Assembly (NCBI GenBank): GCA_009392915.1
Contig: CP045477.1
Location: 448,001-512,000 of the forward strand
Origin: Candidatus Forterrea multitransposorum CG_2015-17_Forterrea_25_41
GTDB lineage: Archaea; Iainarchaeota; Iainarchaeia; Iainarchaeales; CSSED10-239
DNA length: 64,000 nt
Direction of reading: 5' to 3'
Below, in pieces: positions 10,212-18,229 of the stretch (position 1 is the first letter of the stretch; each line of letters opens with the position of its first letter). The notes under the pieces are model-generated. The model was not told the origin of the DNA. It worked only from the letters and a program-made list of their open reading frames with translations, and did no database searches. A program made the position numbers and the translations under genes.

Positions 10212-12125
10212 ATGAAAATAAAAATAACATTTCCAGATGGTTCCATAAAAGAAATTGACTCTGGAAAAACAGCAGAAGAAGTAATAAGAGAAGAGATCGG
10301 TGAAGGTCTTTTAAACGCAAGCATAGCTGTAAAAATAAATAATGATATTAAAGACTTATCAACTCCAATAACGAACGATTGTGATTTTAAAGTACTTACA
10401 ACAAAAGATATAGAAGCAAAAGAAGTTTTATGGCATAGTTCAGCACATATCTTAGCTTATGCTATAGAAAAAATATATCCAGAAGTAAAACTAACTATTG
10501 GACCTGCTATTGAAAATGGTTTTTACTATGATTTAGATTTAGACACACCAATAACAGAAGAAGACTTTGAAAAAATAGAAAAAGAAGCTGAAAAAATAAT
10601 TTCAGAAAAACTACCTTTCATAAGAAAAGAATTTAGCTATCAAGAAGCAAAAGAAATGTTTAAAGATAACCCTTACAAAATAGAAATGATTGAAGATTTA
10701 GAAAAAGAAAATCAACCAATAACATACTATTCTTTAGGAGACTTTAAAGATCTTTGTAGAGGACCACACTTAAAACATTCAGGAAAGGTAAAAGCTTTTA
10801 AAGTTTTAAAAACATCAGGTGCCTACTGGAGAGCAAATTCTAAAAATAAACAATTAAAAAGAGTATATGGTATTTCTTTCTTTTCAAAAGAAGAAATGAA
10901 AGAATACTTAATAAAACAAGAAGAAATTGCAAAAAGAGATCATAGAAAAATAGGAAGAGAACTTGATCTTTATTCTTTCCAAGAAGAAGCACCAGGTATG
11001 CCTTTCTTCCATGATAAAGGTTCTTTTATCTGGAATAAACTAGTTGAGTTTGTTTCACAGATAATGGAAGATAGAGATTATGAAGTTAATAAAACTCCAT
11101 TAATCCTAAACAGAAGTTTATGGCTTCAATCAGGTCACTGGGATCACTATAAAGAAAACATGTATTTTACAAAAATAGATAACCAAGACTTTGCAGTAAA
11201 ACCAATGAATTGTCCAGGAAACATCTTAATCTATAAAGCACATCAATATTCATATAGAGATCTTCCTATAAGAGCAGGAGAGTTTGGTTTAGTTCATAGA
11301 CACGAACTTTCAGGAGTTCTTTCTGGTCTTTTCAGAGTAAGAGCTTTTACTCAAGATGATGCCCATGTCTTCTGTACTGAAGAACAACTAAAAAATGAAA
11401 TTAAAGATTTAATTGATTTCATGGATGTTGTTTATAAAACATTTAACTTCTCTTACAGCATGGAACTTTCAACAAAACCTGATAAAGCTATGGGTGACCC
11501 TAAGATATGGGAAATGGCAGAAAATACTTTAGAAGAAGTTTTAAAAGAAATGAAAAAAGACTTTAAGATAAACCCTGGTGATGGTGCTTTCTATGGTCCA
11601 AAAATAGATTTCCATTTAACAGATGCTATTGGTAGAAAATGGCAATGTGGAACAATACAACTTGATTTCCAAATGCCTGAAAAGTTTGATCTAACATATG
11701 AAGCTGCAGATAACACTAAAAAAAGACCAATTATGCTTCACAGAGCTGTTTTAGGCTCAGTTGAAAGATTTATGGGTATTTTAGTTGAGCATTTTGCAGG
11801 TAAATTTCCACTTTGGATCTCACCTATGCAAGTAATTATCCTTCCAATAGCTGATAGACATAACGAGTATGCAGAAAACCTAAGACAAGCACTTAAAAAA
11901 GAAGGTTTTAGAGCAAAGATTAACGATAAAGCAGAGACAATGAACAAAAAGATAAGGTCTGCTCAACTTGAGAAAATAAACTATATTTTAGTTATTGGAG
12001 ATAAAGAGCAAGAAAACCAAACAATAAATGTAAGAACAAGAGATGAAAAGATTTTAGGTGAGATGAAATTATCTGACCTTATTGAACAAATGAAACAAGA
12101 AATTTTAAAGAAAGAGATTAAATAG
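10212..12125 (+). CDS. thrS: Threonyl-tRNA synthetase, bacterial-type architecture (TGS + editing + class II core + anticodon-binding)
   Basis: 637 aa. N-terminal TGS (MKIKITFPDGS...), HSSAH editing-domain motif, class II core (FRVRAFTQDDAH..., GTIQLDF), and an AGGAG SD upstream. Confidence 0.95.
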   Translation: MKIKITFPDGSIKEIDSGKTAEEVIREEIGEGLLNASIAVKINNDIKDLSTPITNDCDFKVLTTKDIEAKEVLWHSSAHILAYAIEKIYPEVKLTIGPAIENGFYYDLDLDTPITEEDFEKIEKEAEKIISEKLPFIRKEFSYQEAKEMFKDNPYKIEMIEDLEKENQPITYYSLGDFKDLCRGPHLKHSGKVKAFKVLKTSGAYWRANSKNKQLKRVYGISFFSKEEMKEYLIKQEEIAKRDHRKIGRELDLYSFQEEAPGMPFFHDKGSFIWNKLVEFVSQIMEDRDYEVNKTPLILNRSLWLQSGHWDHYKENMYFTKIDNQDFAVKPMNCPGNILIYKAHQYSYRDLPIRAGEFGLVHRHELSGVLSGLFRVRAFTQDDAHVFCTEEQLKNEIKDLIDFMDVVYKTFNFSYSMELSTKPDKAMGDPKIWEMAENTLEEVLKEMKKDFKINPGDGAFYGPKIDFHLTDAIGRKWQCGTIQLDFQMPEKFDLTYEAADNTKKRPIMLHRAVLGSVERFMGILVEHFAGKFPLWISPMQVIILPIADRHNEYAENLRQALKKEGFRAKINDKAETMNKKIRSAQLEKINYILVIGDKEQENQTINVRTRDEKILGEMKLSDLIEQMKQEILKKEIK

Positions 12126-12178
12126 TTTCTCTTTATTCTCTTTTCTTTTTTTTTCTTTCGTTTTACTTTTTTTTAAAA
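12111..12178 (+). terminator. Weak hairpin plus long T-tracts between convergent thrS and the DUF134 gene
   Basis: aaagaga/tctcttt 7-bp stem around the thrS stop, then a T-rich run (ttttctttttttttctttcgttttactttttttt). Confidence 0.3.
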
Positions 12179-12181
12179 AAA

Positions 12182-12481
12182 CTATTCTTCAAAATAATAA
12201 TTATTATCATCTTCAAGCTTTATAGCTTTTCCATTTACTAAAGCAGAAGAAATCTTTTTTCTAGCATCAATTAAAAGTCTATGAAAAGTAGGTTGAGAAA
12301 TATTCATTCTTTCAGCACATTCTTTTTGCTCTAAACCTAAAAAATCTTTAAGCCTAATAGCTTCAATTTCAACAAAGCTTAATACTTCTTCTTCAATTTC
12401 TCTTAAAGGTATTCCAGCTGGTTTAAAATAATTAGAGGATGGTTTATGTGAAATATTTCTCATTCTTCTTTTTCTTGGCAT
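12182..12481 (-). CDS. DUF134 (UPF0251) family DNA-binding protein
   Basis: N-terminus MPRKRRMRNISHKPSSNYFKPAGIP matches the MPRxxKxR...FKPxGIP DUF134 signature. The C-terminal half is sigma-70 region-4-like HTH (ECAERMNISQPTFHRLL). Confidence 0.8.
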   Translation of the reverse strand: MPRKRRMRNISHKPSSNYFKPAGIPLREIEEEVLSFVEIEAIRLKDFLGLEQKECAERMNISQPTFHRLLIDARKKISSALVNGKAIKLEDDNNYYFEE

Positions 12482-12500
12482 ATTTTAAAACCTTTTTTTC

Positions 12501-12836
12501 TTAATGTTTACAAGGAGTATTTAAATCTTTTAAATCAGCTATATTTTCAATTACTTCTTTTAAGAAATTATAATCTCCTGTTTTAAGAATAATATTTTTT
12601 TCTACAAATAAATCAATTGCTTTTTTACCCATACCTTTACTAAAAACTGTATCTATATTATTTTCTAAAATTTGATCTACTGGAGATTTAGAACTATTAT
12701 GATCTAAATAATTTTTAATAATTTTTAATTCTTTTAAAACTGTATCATATATTGCAAAAAAATTACAAGTTCCAAAATGATTGCTTAATTTTGAATCTAA
12801 ATTATTATTATCTTCTAATGAAATTAAAATTTTCAT
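12501..12836 (-). CDS. NifX/NifB-like (dinitrogenase FeMo-cofactor-binding fold) protein
   Basis: HFGTCNFFAIYD... and ...GMGKKAIDLF..KNI pattern typical of this family. I prefer the second ATG (MKILISL), which follows a GAGGAT SD. The ORF track starts at 12857. Confidence 0.7.
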   Translation of the reverse strand: MKILISLEDNNNLDSKLSNHFGTCNFFAIYDTVLKELKIIKNYLDHNSSKSPVDQILENNIDTVFSKGMGKKAIDLFVEKNIILKTGDYNFLKEVIENIADLKDLNTPCKH

Positions 12837-12923
12837 AAATAAATCCTCTAGTATCATTTAATATTTTTAAAATTAAATATTTAATGAATATATATAAATA
12901 TATAAAGAAAAGAAATAAAAGAA

Positions 12924-12943
12924 CTACTCTTTTTAAAGAGTAG
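12924..12943 (-). terminator. Perfect hairpin overlapping the DUF5320 stop codon
   Basis: ctactcttt-tt-aaagagtag: 9-bp inverted repeat with a very short loop. Possible attenuator or terminator, function unproven. Confidence 0.25.
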
Positions 12944-13067
12944 CTCTTCTTCTAAGACCCCTTCCTTTTGTTTGAGAAACACTTTCTCTTTCAGGATTGC
13001 ATCTTCCTCTTTTCATTCCAGTCATTGATCCTTTTCCATCAGGACCAGTTCCGTCTTTATTCGGCAT
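12933..13067 (-). CDS. DUF5320-like small protein (44 aa), missing from the ORF track
   Basis: Minus-strand ATG at 13065-13067, 8 nt after GGAGG. Translation MPNKDGTGPDGKGSMTGMKRGRCNPERESVSQTKGRGLRRRATL matches the MPxxDGTGPxGxGxMTGxxxGxC signature. It is first in a three-gene string with the NifX-like and DUF134 genes. Confidence 0.6.
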   Translation of the reverse strand: MPNKDGTGPDGKGSMTGMKRGRCNPERESVSQTKGRGLRRRATL

Positions 13068-13228
13068 ATTAAATTCCTCCTTTTCTTTTATGAATCTATA
13101 TTCATAATCATGTTACGAACAGTTTATAAAGCTATTGAATATATATTCATTTAAATAAAATACAAATATTTATAAAGATAATTAACAACATTAATTTATT
13201 AACAATAATAAATATAGGTGATATTAAT

Positions 13229-14158
13229 ATGGGATTATTTAAAAGAAAAACACCAGTTGTTCAAGAAAAAAAATCAGAATATGGACCAATTAACAGACTT
13301 GTAAGAAATGCTAAAGCAAAATCACAAGCAAAACAAAAAGCAAGAACACTAAAAGAAGTTGCAGAAATTAAATTTAATAAAATAAAAAGTGCTTTAAGAC
13401 TAAGACCTGCAAAAGTAAAAATAACTTATGAAGTTTTATCTAAAGAATATTCTTCTGCAGAAATTAAAAAAATAGATCAAAAACTTGCAATGCTTGAAAA
13501 AAGAGCAGAAGAAAGTCATAAAAGAATACTTGAACTTAAAGGTAAAACATTAAAAGATAATACAAATATCGAAGTTATTAATAGAAAAAAAATTGCACAA
13601 CAACTTCTTAAAGGAGAAGAAGTTAAAAGTATACCTAAAAGAAACGCAATTAATCCTGAAAGCTTAGAGGCAAATAAAGGAACAAAAGCATCTACTAAAA
13701 CCTTAAAAGAAATTGAAGCAGGAGATAAAAAAGTTTTAAAAACAAGAGAACTTGACAAACATTTTACTTCAGAAAAGAAAAGAGCAATGGTTTCAAAAGA
13801 AATAAGAAAAGAAATTGAGAATGCAAGATTAATAAATAAAGAAATTGCAAGTATTCAATCAATAAAATTTAATGACATTATAAAAAATCAACTAAAATCT
13901 TTTGGAACAATAGCAGAAACTAAACAAGCAAGAGAAGAAATTATTAAATCTCTTTACAATAAATATGAAAAAGGAGCAATTAATTTATCTGGTTTAAGAG
14001 ATTTAATTAAATATTTATCTGTTGAAGTTGAGATTGGTAAAAAAATGAATATTATAAATTCTGTTGAAAATGCAAACACTTATCTTTTAGGAAATGCTCA
14101 ACTTATAAATGAAATAAAAGATATTTCTGAAATAAAAAAGAAATTTAAGTTTTTTTAA
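13229..14158 (+). CDS. Lys/Glu-rich coiled-coil hypothetical protein
   Basis: 309-aa ORF with an AGGTGAT SD 7 nt upstream. Low-complexity helical composition, no family recognised. Confidence 0.55.
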   Translation: MGLFKRKTPVVQEKKSEYGPINRLVRNAKAKSQAKQKARTLKEVAEIKFNKIKSALRLRPAKVKITYEVLSKEYSSAEIKKIDQKLAMLEKRAEESHKRILELKGKTLKDNTNIEVINRKKIAQQLLKGEEVKSIPKRNAINPESLEANKGTKASTKTLKEIEAGDKKVLKTRELDKHFTSEKKRAMVSKEIRKEIENARLINKEIASIQSIKFNDIIKNQLKSFGTIAETKQAREEIIKSLYNKYEKGAINLSGLRDLIKYLSVEVEIGKKMNIINSVENANTYLLGNAQLINEIKDISEIKKKFKFF

Positions 14159-14164
14159 AAAAAA

Positions 14165-14728
14165 TTAAAGTTTCTTTGAATAAATACCCCAAAGATAATC
14201 TTTTTTATCTTTGTGGGTTCCTATTTTTTTTAAATTAAAAGAAAGATGCTTATTAATTGATCTTTTATTTTTTATTGGACTTTCTAAAATCTCACAAATA
14301 TATAATGAAAAGTCTAAAGACTTTGCATGTTTAAACATCTCTTTATTTAAAGACTCTCCAATTTTTGGAAAACTTCTATTTGAGACTAACTGTTTACCAA
14401 AAAGAACTTTATTTTCTTTTAATAATTTTTCATCAACATCTATTTCTTCTAAAAAACTAGGATTAAGTTTAATATATTTCTTTAAACTATAAGCTAAAAA
14501 ATAACCAACAACTTCTTCTTTATTTTTTGCAACAAAAAGGAAAGTATTTTTACATCTTAAAGATTTTAAAAGATTTTCAATTGAGACTTCATAGACTAAA
14601 AAACCATTATCTGTAACTTCTTTTTTATTTATTTTTAAATTATATTCTAAAAGTTGAGATTTTTGTAAATTATATATTTGTAAAATATCGTTTTTTTTAG
14701 CTTTTGTAATATTTATTTCTGAATTCAT
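14165..14728 (-). CDS. Possible GNAT-family N-acetyltransferase
   Basis: 187 aa with a GNAT-like layout (..EVVGYFLAYSL.. strand followed by a helical segment), but the Q/RxxGxG/A motif is not clear. The CDS is solid; the functional call is weak. Confidence 0.35.
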   Translation of the reverse strand: MNSEINITKAKKNDILQIYNLQKSQLLEYNLKINKKEVTDNGFLVYEVSIENLLKSLRCKNTFLFVAKNKEEVVGYFLAYSLKKYIKLNPSFLEEIDVDEKLLKENKVLFGKQLVSNRSFPKIGESLNKEMFKHAKSLDFSLYICEILESPIKNKRSINKHLSFNLKKIGTHKDKKDYLWGIYSKKL

Positions 14729-14774
14729 AGGTTATTACCAATTAAAATTATATTTTTCTTTTTAAAAAAAAGAA

Positions 14775-14856
14775 TGCAGGGTACAGGATTCGAACCTGTG
14801 AAGCACTAAGCAATGGATTTTGAGTCCATCCCCTTTGACCGCTCGGGAAACCCTGC
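14775..14856 (-). tRNA. tRNA-Leu (anticodon CAA), long variable arm, no encoded CCA
   Basis: Minus strand GCAGGGTTTCCCGAGCGGTCAAAGGGGATGGACTCAAAATCCATTGCTTAGTGCTTCACAGGTTCGAATCCTGTACCCTGCA. It has a 7-bp acceptor stem, anticodon loop CTCAAAA and T-loop GGTTCGAATCC. Confidence 0.9.
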
Positions 14857-14920
14857 TATATAAATATATTAAGAGAAGATATGTTTTTAAAAAGAAGTTA
14901 AAAGAAAATAATATTTATTG

Positions 14921-15520
14921 TTACTTAAAAAGATTTAAAATTAATAAAAAAACAGACAAAGAAATAAAAAAGAACAATTCAAAGATACCAGTGAAACCAA
15001 ACAAAAATAACATTAAAAGAGAGCCTCCTAAAGTTATTAAAAACCAATTAAAAGATTTTAGATATATTTTCTTATTATAAGAAGAAAGATATTTAGAGAA
15101 TAAAAATAAAGAAAACATTAAGAACAAAGAAAACAAAAAAGCAAATATATTATGAAAATTAAAAAAAGAAGTATTTTTAATTTCATAATCAACAAACTCA
15201 TAATCATTTTCAACAAAAGTGTTATCAATGGTTGGAGTTAAAACAGTCAATACTAAAAAAAGTATTGAAAATAAAAGAAATTTAAAAGATTTTTTATCAT
15301 GATAATTATATTTTTTATAAATATTATATATAGTTATAAATAATAAAATACCAGTTATCAATCCCCAAACTATAAACTTAAGCTTATAATCAAATAGATT
15401 TCCTATCTTACTTAAAGTATACTCAAAAGGAGATTCATTAAAGCTAAACCATAAAGTAAACAAAGGTATGCTTATTATAAAATAAGTTAAAACAGTGTTA
15501 TTAAATTTAGTAAAATACAT
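14921..15520 (-). CDS. Polytopic membrane protein, unknown function
   Basis: 199 aa with about 6 hydrophobic helices rich in Phe/Leu/Ile. Confidence 0.55.
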   Translation of the reverse strand: MYFTKFNNTVLTYFIISIPLFTLWFSFNESPFEYTLSKIGNLFDYKLKFIVWGLITGILLFITIYNIYKKYNYHDKKSFKFLLFSILFLVLTVLTPTIDNTFVENDYEFVDYEIKNTSFFNFHNIFAFLFSLFLMFSLFLFSKYLSSYNKKIYLKSFNWFLITLGGSLLMLFLFGFTGIFELFFFISLSVFLLILNLFK

Positions 15521-15606
15521 ATATATTCTAATATAATATCATGCAATAATTATTAAAAATAGTATTATTTTTAAAATAAAAAAAAATAGAAAAATAATTC
15601 TAAAAA

Positions 15607-16038
15607 TTATTCTTCTAATGAAGTTCTACCTAGATTTTTATTTACACAAACTTTATTTTCACAAGTACAATCTTCTGGAGAGTAAGCTGCCTCATACATG
15701 AAAATCATTGTACAAATTTCTGGTTTTGTAAATTCAGATTCATATTCTTTGTTTATACAAGAAGTTGGATGACAATCAGAAGGCAAAGGAATACAGTCAT
15801 CATCTATTTGACATCCTTGAAATTGATCTAAAGAATCTATTTGTTTTGTAAAAATACCACCATCTTCTGCAATACATTTTTCAGGATAACTTTCTAATAT
15901 AGGATTTCCTGCAGCAACACATTCTTCAAAATTTGTAATTATTAGCTTATCTTTTACAAAAATAACAGGAAGTAAAATTCCAAGTAAAACAACAATAATT
16001 AATAATACAACTCCTAAAATAATATATTTTTTATTCAT
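15607..16038 (-). CDS. Small N-terminally anchored, cysteine-rich extracellular protein
   Basis: AGGTG SD upstream, an N-terminal TM/signal anchor (IILGVVLLIIVVLLGILLPVIFV), then 11 Cys in about 110 aa. Confidence 0.6.
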   Translation of the reverse strand: MNKKYIILGVVLLIIVVLLGILLPVIFVKDKLIITNFEECVAAGNPILESYPEKCIAEDGGIFTKQIDSLDQFQGCQIDDDCIPLPSDCHPTSCINKEYESEFTKPEICTMIFMYEAAYSPEDCTCENKVCVNKNLGRTSLEE

Positions 16039-16084
16039 AATTATACTACACCTTTTTATTTAAAAAAAAGAAAAAAAGAAAAAA

Positions 16085-16963
16085 CTATCTTTTCTTTGAA
16101 TTCTTTTTATTTCTTGAAACTAAATAAACTATCCAACCTAAAAATGCAAATGGAATTATTACAAATAAAAATTTCAATAATGCATTTACACTATTTACAA
16201 AAGATCTTACAAGATCAGATAATTTAACAAGTGCTATATTAGAATAACTGTATTTTTCAGAAATATTTAAATTAATTGTAGAATAATCAACTCTTTGATC
16301 CATGTTCTTTAATGAATCTTCTAAATATTTAATTGTTCTTTCTTGATTAAATATTCTATCATTTAATTCTATTTTATCTGAAATTTTTTCAGCACTATTA
16401 TACATTTCTTGATATCTTAAAAGTCTTTCTCTTTCAACTTCAAGTTCAATTTCTCTATTAGTATAACTTCCAGTTATATCATTTGAATTTTCAGTAAAAT
16501 AAGTAACTTTACCAATCTCTCTTAATTGAGAAACAACAGAATCAAGTTTTGAAGATTCAACTTTAATAGAGTAAGAACCATAATATTCTTCTTTATTACC
16601 ATTTTCTCTTGTATTTAAACTTTCATTTAAAACTATTGAATCAGAAGAAGAAACAATTGACTTTACTTTTGAATCTGCAAGTTTAAATTCTCCACCTTTA
16701 ACTTCTAAAGAAAGACTAGAATTTTTTGTAATTTTTCTATCTTCAACTTCTGGTGCAAAATCTTGACTATAGCTTAAACCATAACCACCAGCATATTCCA
16801 TAGATTTAGAATACATGGCACTATCATTCATTGCAAAAGAATCTCTTGCAGAATAACTAGTTCCATTTGAAACTAAAAAAGTTAAAACTAAGAATGCAAC
16901 AACAACTAAAAGAATTATTAACCAATTTTCTTTTAATCTTATTAATTGTTCTTTAAAGCTCAT
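16085..16963 (-). CDS. DUF4349-like membrane-anchored protein
   Basis: GAGGTG SD and an N-terminal TM. The central pattern (RKITKNSSLSLEVKGGEF..., ...DITGSYTNREIELEVERERLLRYQEMY..., ...RVDYSTINLNISEK) matches the DUF4349 layout, and a C-terminal TM follows. Confidence 0.65.
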   Translation of the reverse strand: MSFKEQLIRLKENWLIILLVVVAFLVLTFLVSNGTSYSARDSFAMNDSAMYSKSMEYAGGYGLSYSQDFAPEVEDRKITKNSSLSLEVKGGEFKLADSKVKSIVSSSDSIVLNESLNTRENGNKEEYYGSYSIKVESSKLDSVVSQLREIGKVTYFTENSNDITGSYTNREIELEVERERLLRYQEMYNSAEKISDKIELNDRIFNQERTIKYLEDSLKNMDQRVDYSTINLNISEKYSYSNIALVKLSDLVRSFVNSVNALLKFLFVIIPFAFLGWIVYLVSRNKKNSKKR

Positions 16964-17092
16964 TTTTTTTATTCACCTCGTAACTATAAGTTTAATTAAC
17001 TAATTATTATATAAAAAGATTTAAAAAGAGGAACAAATACTTAGGAAAAAACCTTAAAGAACATTTCTTTTAAAAAATAAAAAAGATTAAAG

Positions 17093-17175
17093 CGCAGAGG
17101 ACGGGATTCGAACCCGTGTAGTCGTGAGACTCTAGCTTAGCAGGCTAGCGCGTTTGACCACTCTGCCACCTCTGC
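17093..17175 (-). tRNA. tRNA-Ser (anticodon GCU), long variable arm, no encoded CCA
   Basis: Minus strand GCAGAGGTGGCAGAGTGGTCAAACGCGCTAGCCTGCTAAGCTAGAGTCTCACGACTACACGGGTTCGAATCCCGTCCTCTGCG. Anticodon loop is CTGCTAA. Confidence 0.9.
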
Positions 17176-17194
17176 TCTATTTGTTTTATTCTTC

Positions 17195-17201
17195 TTATAA
17201 A
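17195..17201 (-). promoter_or_regulatory. Candidate TATA box for tRNA-Ser
   Basis: Minus-strand TTTATAA lies about 20-26 nt upstream of the tRNA 5' end. Confidence 0.3.
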
Positions 17202-17247
17202 CAATTAGTAAATATTTATGCTTCTAAAAGTATTTAAAGGTATTTTT

Positions 17248-18150
17248 TTATTTTTTAGAGAAAACCTTTCCTAAAAAAACCTTTTTATTAACACCATACC
17301 TTTTAACATCAATATACCCTTTACCTTCTAATTTTTTAAGGTTTCTTGAAACAGTACCTTTTGGTAAAAAACATTCTTTTGAAAGATTTTTTTGCAAAAT
17401 ACCATTCTTTTCTAAAACAATTTTAATTATTTTTTGCTCATTTTCATTAAGTCCTAAAAGAAGATCTTCAGCTTCTATTTTTTCTTTATTTGAAGAAATT
17501 AAAGATTTTTTCTTTTTTAAAATAAACTTAACTAAAACAAAAAATACAAAAAAAGAAATAAAAAATATCATAAAAAACAAAAACCAATTAAATGGTTTTT
17601 TATCAATCATAGAAGAAAAATGAATTGAATAATTAATATCAAAATAAGAAATTGGCTCATTATAAGTTACTAAAAACTTATTATCTTGTATAGTTACATT
17701 TCTATAATCTAGAGAAAGAGAAATTATTTCTGTTTTTTTAGGTAAAATTAAAGAAAAACTATCCACATATTCTTTAAAAATAGGTAAATAACTAACAGAC
17801 CAAACATTTCCATTCTTAAAAGAATAAACATCAGTTAAATAAATTATTTCAAGAGTTAAAGAATTATCTAAAATACAGCAATTATTTAGATTAATTGTTA
17901 AAGTATTAAATGAATAATTATAATTAATATCTTTATTTGTATTCTTTATCTTAAGATCATAAACAGGAATAATTGGAAGAACAATAGAATCTCCTTTTTT
18001 AATTTCTGTAAATAAAACTATATCGTTTACTTGTAAAATACCATTCTCATTAACAGTAATAGAAGTATCTATTTTTTCTATATTATATGCAAAAGAATTA
18101 ACAGAAAATAAAACAATTAATAATAATAATAAAAAATAATAATTTTTCAT
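17248..18150 (-). CDS. Membrane-anchored transcription regulator: signal peptide + extracytoplasmic beta-rich domain + TM + C-terminal winged-helix HTH
   Basis: N-terminal signal (YYFLLLLLIVLFSVNSFA), a ~170-aa non-hydrophobic domain, one TM (WFLFFMIFFISFFVFFVLVKFIL), then an ArsR/MarR-like wHTH (NENEQKIIKIVLEKNGILQKNLSKECFLPKGTVSRNLKKLEGKGYIDVKR). Confidence 0.7.
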   Translation of the reverse strand: MKNYYFLLLLLIVLFSVNSFAYNIEKIDTSITVNENGILQVNDIVLFTEIKKGDSIVLPIIPVYDLKIKNTNKDINYNYSFNTLTINLNNCCILDNSLTLEIIYLTDVYSFKNGNVWSVSYLPIFKEYVDSFSLILPKKTEIISLSLDYRNVTIQDNKFLVTYNEPISYFDINYSIHFSSMIDKKPFNWFLFFMIFFISFFVFFVLVKFILKKKKSLISSNKEKIEAEDLLLGLNENEQKIIKIVLEKNGILQKNLSKECFLPKGTVSRNLKKLEGKGYIDVKRYGVNKKVFLGKVFSKK

Positions 18151-18229
18151 AATAATATATAGTATATTAAAATATTTAAAATGTATTATTTAATTTTTAT
18201 TAAAAAAAAAAGAAAAAGAAGAGAAATAA

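Noticed and set aside
13088-13107. 8-bp-arm palindrome ttatgaat-ctat-attcataa upstream of the DUF5320 operon, as a candidate DUF134 operator
   Set aside because: Short A/T palindromes of this size are expected many times by chance in a window this AT-rich. I have no second copy or conservation evidence.
14820-15080. 86-aa plus-strand ORF overlapping tRNA-Leu and the 14921-15520 membrane gene
   Set aside because: It starts with TTG inside the tRNA gene and is Lys-rich antisense noise from an AT-rich membrane-protein gene.
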